NCBI GenBank assembly: GCA_043805415.1
Contig: JAZDHZ010000007.1
Location: forward strand, 93,786-157,785
Direction of reading: 5' to 3'
Source of the DNA: Candidatus Omnitrophota bacterium
Lineage (GTDB): Bacteria; Omnitrophota; Gorgyraeia; B26-G9
Length of the DNA: 64,000 nucleotides
Part shown: in pieces, positions 53,001 to 62,000 of the stretch
How positions within the stretch are numbered: position 1 is the stretch's first letter
How the letters are laid out: every line of letters starts with the position of its first letter
The notes under the pieces: generated by a model
Database searches by the model: none
What the model was told of the DNA's origin: nothing
What the model saw: the letters and a program-made list of their open reading frames with translations, nothing else
Translations under genes and position numbers: made by a program

Positions 53001-56000
53001 AAAACGTTTATTTCTTTCGTGGTCAATAACCAGTTTTGTTGACCATTTGGAATGTTTATCCCAGTAAACCGTATTTCCTTTATCTTTATCCGCAAGCGGC
53101 AGCACCTTTGAACTAAGCACAGGCTTATCTTTATCCCAGCGCGGTTTTTCCAATGTGCCGGTATTTACATAGGTTTTACTTTCCTGCTCTCTGCCCCATT
53201 GGTCAAATTTAATTCTGGTAACATATTTTTCATTAAAAGTCATTACCGGCAGCTCATAATCTTTATATACTTCATAAGTTACCGCTTTAGAATCCGGATC
53301 AATAACTTTTTTAATAAGTATCGGGCTCTTTATCTTTACAACTTTTCCTTTGTTTTCTTTGCTAACTCCTGCCGGATCCTCAAGGTTTTCATCATAAGAA
53401 ACTGTTTCAGTTCTTTTCAGTTCTTTTCCTAATTCAGCATCCTTTCTCACTTCACCGGAGTTGTTAATATATACCTTGCTTTCAGACTCAAGATCATACT
53501 CATTGTATTGCATTACAACAATTTTATCTTTTGTGATTACTCGCTCAAGTAAGCCGCGTTTAAAAACCCGCATTTCCCAGTCATTAGTTCTTCCGTTTTC
53601 TTCTTCGCGTATGTATTCCCGATGGAAAGGAAATTTTAAAGTAACTGTAATATCGCGTTTTTCTCCGTTAATTTCAACTGCCTGGGAGCTTTCTTTGGGA
53701 ATATGAAATACCCAGCGGTCGCGCATAATCTTCTGCATTTGGGCAGCGTCGATCTCATCATTAGCCACCATTTGTTTTATTCTATCCAGGTAATCTCCCA
53801 ACGGGTCATAGTATTGCTTTAAACTTAATTTATCTTTTTCTATTGTCAGAGAACCAACTGATTTAAAAAAATCAAAGCAAACAGCGCTTATTTGCTGATC
53901 AGTTAAGAAACCTATTGCCAACTCCTGTTTTTGAGCAATTAATTTTTTAGCCAATAGCTGCGGATCAATAGTTTTTTCTTTCATCGCCTTAGAGACTTCG
54001 ATAAAAGCGCTTATAATTTTTGATACATTCGCGTTTGGCACTGTTTCTGATTTTACACCGGTTATTCTGGCAATGCTCTTGCGAATAGCTTCTCTCTTGC
54101 CGGAGGCTATTTCTAAAAGCCTTCCAGATTTTAAATCAGTAATAATCGCTCCGCCTTCATCTAAAGTTTTGTATTGCTCCGCGGCGTTCGCCTGCTCATT
54201 TTCTCTTTTTTCTCTTGAAACTTCTATTGCCTTAGCCGGGGCGATTAAAGTAACTGTAATTAGAGAATTGTCCTTAGCATTAAGATATTGATATACACCC
54301 TTGAATATATCCACGCTGATAAGCTTATCCGGCCCATATCCAGCAGCCTGCTGTTTTAAGCTAATAACCTGTTCTTTAGCTTGCGCGAGCTTAAGCTGTT
54401 CATCAGAACTCAGCTTTCCTGCTTTGCTTTTAAGTTCAAGCCCTATGATTTCCTGGTTTAATTCTTTAACCTGGTCTTCTAAATATTTCTTTTCAGAAAG
54501 AAAACTAAGCTTTACCCACCCTTTGTAATAAGGATGCGCTGCTTTTTTATCTTCCAGTTCTTTCTTTTCGCTGTCGCTTAGTTCTTCCCCGCGGGATTTT
54601 TTCTTTAAAAGCACAATAATTCTATCCAGGGTTTTTTCATCCGCGCTTGATGCTGTGAATGTCGTACCTTTAGTGTACTGGATGATCATTTCATTGATCT
54701 GCTGTTTTGCTGAACTTAAATTTTTCTCATCTTCTTTTGTCCAGGCAGCGGGATCAATCTTTTTCCTGGACTGGAGTAAATCAATTTTTAGCTTCTGATC
54801 AATAATCGAACTGTCAAACCCTTTTCCGCTGCTGATTCCCAAAGGAACCACGGGAATGCTTTCCGCCCTGCGGATATCAAAAGGATTAACATCGCTCATT
54901 GCCAATAAAATCCATAAAGAGTTCATACTGGCCAGGGAAACTGTATGAAAATTGCTATCCTTATATCTCTGGATCTGACCGTTTACCGCGTCCTTAGGCA
55001 AGGTGCTGTCCGGGAAAAATACCCCTAATTCAGTCCGAACCTCTAAAGGCTGGAGATTTAAGAGCAGGGTTTCTGATTTTTTCCTCTGCTCCTGGGCAAG
55101 TCCTTCCTGAAACATAGCTGTATAGAAATTTGCCATTATCTTGTGCGCTTTAGCTACATGCGCGGTCATTTCCGGGGATACTACTTCCAAGCGGCCGCCG
55201 AGGCCGGGTTTATCTGTATAGCCATAACCGGAAACCTCAACAACTTTACCCTTGTTATAATGCTTTGCTTTTATTACCTTGCGCTTTTCAAGAGAGCTCA
55301 TTATTTTTTCCGCGGAGTCTTGGCCAAAAACATAAGCATTGTCTTTATTACGTAAATTATTCAGGATTTCCGGCCCCAGCACAATAACCGCCAGAGCATT
55401 GACATCTGTCGCGTAAATATCGTCTTTTTCCCAACGCGGCTTATCCTTATCAGTTGAAGTATTCCGCATACCGCGGGAGAAAAATCCCTCTTCTTTGTTG
55501 TACACACTCGGCAGCCAGTTTAATATTTTTTCCGCCGCGTCTTTATAATCATCATTACCGGTTAAATCATAAAGCATCATGAACACGCCGAACGCGTTTA
55601 TGTTTTCTTCTGTTGATTTGCTGTCAAGCTGCGTAGGCCCTTGGCGAATGCCGCCGTCTTCATCCTGTAATTTAATCAGGAACGCGCCAAGCTTTTCCGC
55701 TAATTTCAAAGCATCTTTTCCTTTATTATCCAGTGATTCGCGGAATTCAGAAACTCCTGAAGAAGAAAACCATCCCGAATCTCCTCTTCCTTTAAATATT
55801 TGGTCTGCTTTTCCTTCTCTGCGGAAATCAGCAAGCGCTTTTGTCACCTTTTCTTTTTGGCGATCAAGTACTGCCTGCCATTTTCCCGCGGGAGCATGAC
55901 GCATTAAGTTTTTAATCAGCATCGCGGCTAGCCAGTTACTGCTGCCGGCATTATAACGGAATTCCGCGATCGGTTTTTTTGCTTCTGTAAGCAGCTGAGA

Positions 56001-59000
56001 CGGGTCAATCGCGTTGCAGACTGCTCCGTTAAAACCATCTTTTTCTCCCTCGCGGAACAACCAGGCGTTATTGAGAAAATAATCCATCCATTTATCAGCG
56101 TGGTCGTTTAAGCCGGCTCCAGACAATACCATGGATCTAAGCGCCAGATCATAAGTAAATGCCATGTTAACACTATTAGTGTCCACAGCTGAATCATATA
56201 AATGGCTGATCGGGATCCCAGTCAAAGGATGTTTAAAATTCAATGTCCCGGAAAGCATGTCCCCAGGTAATTTCTGCGCCCAGATTAACGGAGCAACCGA
56301 TTGGTTTTGCTGCTGATACCTTGAAAGCATTGATTCAAGCACAATCCCGCCGTCATAACCTTTTTTAACAATCCGGCCGCCGCCCTTATCCATTAACATC
56401 ATATACTGGTCAAAAAGGCGTACGTCTACTTCAAGTTTTTGCAGCTTGCTCTTGTAGCCTTCGTCTCCTAAAAATACAATGCCTCCGGTTTTCGCGTTTA
56501 GATAATACACGCGCCGTACTGGCTGTTCATTGTCTCCTTCGGATACTACCTCTCCGATTGGAAGTAATTTCAGTTGTTCAAATTCAGTTTGGGTGTATGT
56601 TGTTACCTTATCCATCCACCATTTTTTACTAAACGGATTCGCGCTGCTTTCCATCTCAAAGGCAAATGAACCGGATGATTTAATAAACGCTTGGGTATTT
56701 TTAAGATCAAACCAGGTCATTACCGGCAATCCGAGAAAAGAAATTCCAAAAGCGCGTCTGCGCGGAATTTCCGGCGCATAGTCAGATACCTTGGGTATTT
56801 TTAGTATTCTCAGCAGGGCTTTCGCGTCAAAAGTAATCCCGACAAAGTTAGCATAGTTTGTCAAGGTATTTCCCCAGCCTTCACGAAACGCCATCATATT
56901 CACTCCGGCGCCAAGCGCGTCGTTTCCGGTAATCGCGCCGATTACTGCCATTACATTTACTTCTCCGGTTAAACTAAAATAGCGGCTGGCTAAAATATTC
57001 CGAAAAGCATTTCCTTTTTGATTAAAAGATTCATGATTCAAACGCGCCAGGTTATCCAGGATTCCTAAGCTGAACACGGTAATGGCATAATTCCTTTGCC
57101 CCTGGACATAAGCAACAAAGCTTTTACTGGCTTCATCATCCATAGCCATGGTAAGCCAAAGATTAAGGTCGGATTTTTTATTAGCTTTTTGCTCTTCAAC
57201 ATACTTGCGGAATTGCTCGTCGGTTATAGTTAGGTTTCCGCCTGAGTCTTCCCGAGTAACTTTATCCAGTCCTTTTTCAGTTCTATTCTTTCCCGGCCCT
57301 TTGGAGAAAAACAGATAACTGGAAATAAAAGTTTCCACGGTATTCTTGCTTGGCGGACCCATCATTTTCGCGCCGCTCGGCATTTCCCAGGCAGTAAAAA
57401 GCATATCATATATTAAACGCATGCCTGCTTGCGCGAAAGGTTTGGACAGCGTCGCAATAATGTTGCCGCCGATACCCAATCCGCCCAGGACATTAAGCGG
57501 CAGCATTGCCGTTTCAAATATCATACTGCGTTTTAGTTTCTTAACGGTTTTGTGGGCGTCTCTGACCGCGATCTTGTGCATTAAAGTGCCGATAGAGACA
57601 TTAAGGATTTCTTTATTTATCGCGTTTTTGCCAAACTTGATCACATCACTTTGCGACCAGTCGCCTTTTGCTTCTTTTTCCGGATTGGTTTCCAGAACAA
57701 TTACATCATGGTCAGATCTGGCATTGACTTCCACCAGCTTTGCCTGGCGGTTATAGCTGAGAAAACGCATTCTTCTCTGCTGAAGCTGACCTTGCTCATC
57801 CTTATAAAAATAATAAACATTATCAAAGCCTTTGCTCTTTTGTGCCTGCTGCCATACTTCTAAAAGTTTTTGTTTTTTTTCAGGAGTCAATTTAGATTGT
57901 TCTAATATTTTTTGAAAGTTGGATTCAAATTCAAGAAAACGCGACTCTTTATGTTTTTGCTTTTTGAAGAACTCTGTCCAAGAAGTATCATCACCAAATA
58001 TTTGCGTTATAGCTGCCTTGAGAATAGAGCCATCATTTAGTTCTAACAACGATAATTCCTTGATTAGCTCCTCTTGACCTTTATACTTTTCTCTTATCTG
58101 ATTATTATATGTTTTTATGTAATTCTGATTCAGGTTGTCACTTTGAATATAATCTTTAACCTTAACCGAACTGCCTTCTTCCTGCTCGAAAATTGCCGCG
58201 ATATACGGACTTTGCTTCATCAGCGGATTTTTGGGAACATTGCCGGCAGCATTAAACACTCTGGCTTTTGTACCAAAGGGTTCTACCCCGGATTCATTCA
58301 GCATGTCAATTTTGTTTTTCTGCGCTTCAATATCCAGGTTGCCTAAGATATTACCCACAACTTCAACATCCAATGCCCTTGATAATCCATAGCTTTTTAC
58401 TCCGGCAAGTAATTTATCTGAGGCAAATTTGCCGTAATTCAAACGATAGGCATACTTACCGCCGGCATCCTCGCCTTCAATCCAGATATCCGGATAATTT
58501 CCTGTCTCCTGATACTCCGCGATTTCTTTCGGACGGGTTAATCTTTCTCCGCGTCCGAACTGATCTCTTTCTTCAAACTGTTTTGGGAATTTATAAAAAC
58601 GCAGCAAATGCTGGACATTACTGATATCCACCACAGAATCAAAAACAAGTTCTTTGCCTTGGCTAACCGGAATGTATGGCTGGGCTCCTTTTGCGCCTTT
58701 TTTGCCAATCCATATTTCAATGTTTTTAACATTAGAAATAGTATTATTATCCACATCCTGTTTGATTAATTCATAAAGAGTGCCTTTTTCATCATTGGAA
58801 GGAATTTCTTTATTTGTTCCTTTAACATAAAAATAAATGTTTTTCTGCTCTTTTAATTCTCCCTGCAATATAGGATTTTCCGCGATCGCGAAACGTCCTA
58901 CTTTTTCTACATTAATCAAAAGTTGGACGATTGCCTTGGCAAGGCCGCGTTCGTAATTGCGCTCCGGAGTTAAAGCAGTGGGAGAATATATTTTTCCAGG

Positions 59001-62000
59001 AGTTACTTTATCCATCAGCTCTTGGATTCGACTCGCGAACTTATCATCTGATTTAGCGGATATCACAGGAACAGCCGCTGGAGCTGCTCTTAAATTTTTT
59101 TGCTTTGGCGGTAATGGAGGAGGGCCTATTTTTTTACCGCTGTCTATGCCAGGATTCTCGCGTGCCTGCGGCGTCATTAACGCGGCAACATCTTTGTCAA
59201 TATTTAGTGTTAATTCCTTACCGATTACTATCAGCGATCCTTTGATCTTTGAATCTGGATGCTGATTATTATAAATTTCCCGCAATTTTATCCAAAGACT
59301 GGCACTGCCGAATAATTTCTGGGCCAAGCCTCTAAGTGTATCACCCTTTTCAACCACATGTTTCCACTGTTTTTGCTGGAACTCACCAGACTTGGCTTCA
59401 GGAGTAGAAACAGCTAATTGCTTTGCTTCAGGAGTTGATGTATCTAAAGAAACAACTAATTGCTTTGCTTCGGGAGTCAGTAACGCCGCGATTTCTTCAT
59501 TAATGGTTAAAATAAGGCTTTTTCCTAAAATAATCGTTGTGTCTTTGATGGGATTTTCCGGATGCTGCCGGTTGTAAATTTCTTTAAACTTTATCCGAAG
59601 ATCTTGATTGCCGAAAAATTTTTGGGCAATTTTAGAAAGAGTATCGCCTAACTTTACCTCGTGAATTATTCTCTTGCCAACTATGCCATTTACTTGTACA
59701 TTTAACTCTGCGGACTTTGTTCTTTCTTGGTTTTCTCCCTCTACTCCCCCGGCATCAGTCACTACTACTTCTTTTTTAGATATTTTTGCTTTAGCAAAAG
59801 GCCCCACAGGTGCTTGCTTATCGCTTTTTATCGTGGTTGGAGCGGTTTTGGCCAGGGCCTGAGCACGCTTCTCTTCGCTGTAATTAGCGAGCTGATGAAG
59901 ATTCGCGCCAAAAACTTTTTCCGGGTCATTAGCTTCAATGTTAAGAAAGTCCTGATAATTTTGTTCCTGATTTTTATGATTAATCTTTTTATCTGATTCG
60001 CGCATTTCAAAATGCAGATGGTCATTTATCAGATCCGCGGCATTGCCAGTCTTTCCTACCCTGGCAATCGGCGTATTCCAATTAACTTTATCCCCGATCT
60101 TTACCAGATTTTCACTATTATGCGCGGCTGTCGCATAAAAATACGTCTTACCGCCTTTGCTATTACTTACTTCGTGCCTGACAATAACCAGATTCCCATA
60201 ACCCGTACCTTCTCCGGCAAAAATAACCTCACCAGGCGCTACCGCATAGGCAATCTGGTGACTTTCTTCCCCTGTCTTGCCTGCTATCTGCGGCATATTA
60301 AAGTCAAACCCCTTGTGCTCGCGCGCACCCTTTCCTCTGGGAGCTCCGAACCCGGATACCGGGGTGGTTGTATATTTGCATTTTATCGGCAAACGGAACT
60401 GCTGCAGGAACTGCTCTAAAGGCGTGGCACTGACAATTCCCGCTAATATGTCTATTTCCGGAGTTTTGATATTAAGAGGCTGCTGCTGAGTATTGATTGA
60501 AGCCAACATAAGATCAGGCTTCATTGCCTGAGCAGCTAGGTCAGTATAATGCGCTTTGATTGCTTCCGGCAGGTTTTCTTCAAGTTTTACATTAGCAGTA
60601 TTATACGGCTTTTGCGCGTTTTGGCTATCTGATGCTGCTGCTAAAGTCGGCACAGAAGCAAGCATACTTGCTCCCATAAACGGCATAATCGAAACCTGTA
60701 AAGCTTTGGTAAGTTTTTCCGGATTTGTGGCAATACCCAATAATCTATTTAATCCCACCTTAGCCAGATTAAGCTCAACCAATAAAGCAGTGACTGCTTT
60801 TCTAAAAGCAGGACGCTGCTGAGCAGTTAAAGCCTCAGCAGGAATCTTGGCAACCATATGCTTTATTTCAGCGCTGGAGAAAAAACTGCCGTCATTGGGG
60901 CTGGAATTCTGTACCGCGGTAAGAAAAGTCCGCAGCATTTTGTCTTTTTCCGCCATGCCGTTCAGCAGATTATAAGCTAAATCAGTGGGATTGTGGGAAC
61001 TTGCTACCTCTTGTTTAAACTGATTAATAACTATACCGATATTATCGGAAAAGTCACTAAGTCCCACATTATTCAGCTGAGACTGTATCCCGGAAAAGTT
61101 TTTTAGTTTATGTTTAGCCAAAGACGAATAGTCTGTAGGGGTTTTTGAAATTTTTGATATAAACCGCTTGGAAATAAAAGTAAAACCGCCGGCCAAAGCA
61201 ATAAGCGGCAGCAGAGCAATTAACTTTGCCCCTAATATCGGAACTCCTACGGTAATCAGCGGAGCAATCCATCCGCCGACAAATAATAAGGCTAATCCCA
61301 TAATCGAACCAGTAGTAATCATAACCATTCGGGATTGAAGCGCGGAAGCGCGAGCCATTGACATAAGCGTAAATATTGTTTGCTTAGATTTTTTTGCTTT
61401 GCCGTCAAATCCAACTTCCTGCCTAGCAATTTTCCGCGCGGTAGAATATTGCGCTTTAAAAAACATTATCCCTTGTAAAGAAAATAAGCCGGTAACTAAA
61501 AGTCCAACCGCCTGAAGCAGGCTGCTGCCCTGCATCACTCCGGTACTCATAGCAATTCTAATTGAATCAAATACCTGAACTCCCAGAAGCGGAACAATGC
61601 CTAAAACAATCGCCGCGCTGGCAGCGATTCCGGCAACAAATCCCAGCAAAGGAACCCAGCCTTTAACCGCGATATTATCACTGCTGCGGGCAAATATTTT
61701 TCTGGCGATCAGCATACTCACCGCGATCGCGGACATGCCGGCAATAACCGGCAAACTAAAACTTCCGCTGGCAACAAAACCAAAAGCATACAGACCTAAA
61801 GTAACTAAAGAACCAAAAATTCCACCTTGGAAAAATCTTTTCGCGCTAGTCATCGGCAGCATGGGAGCGGATTTTAAATCTTTACGGCTGGTAAACAGCA
61901 AGAGAGTTGATGAGATTACCCCGACAACCCCCAATACTGCTGATGCCAGCAATACTGTACTTCCAATACTCCCGGTAATAAGCGTTGCTGAACCAATATA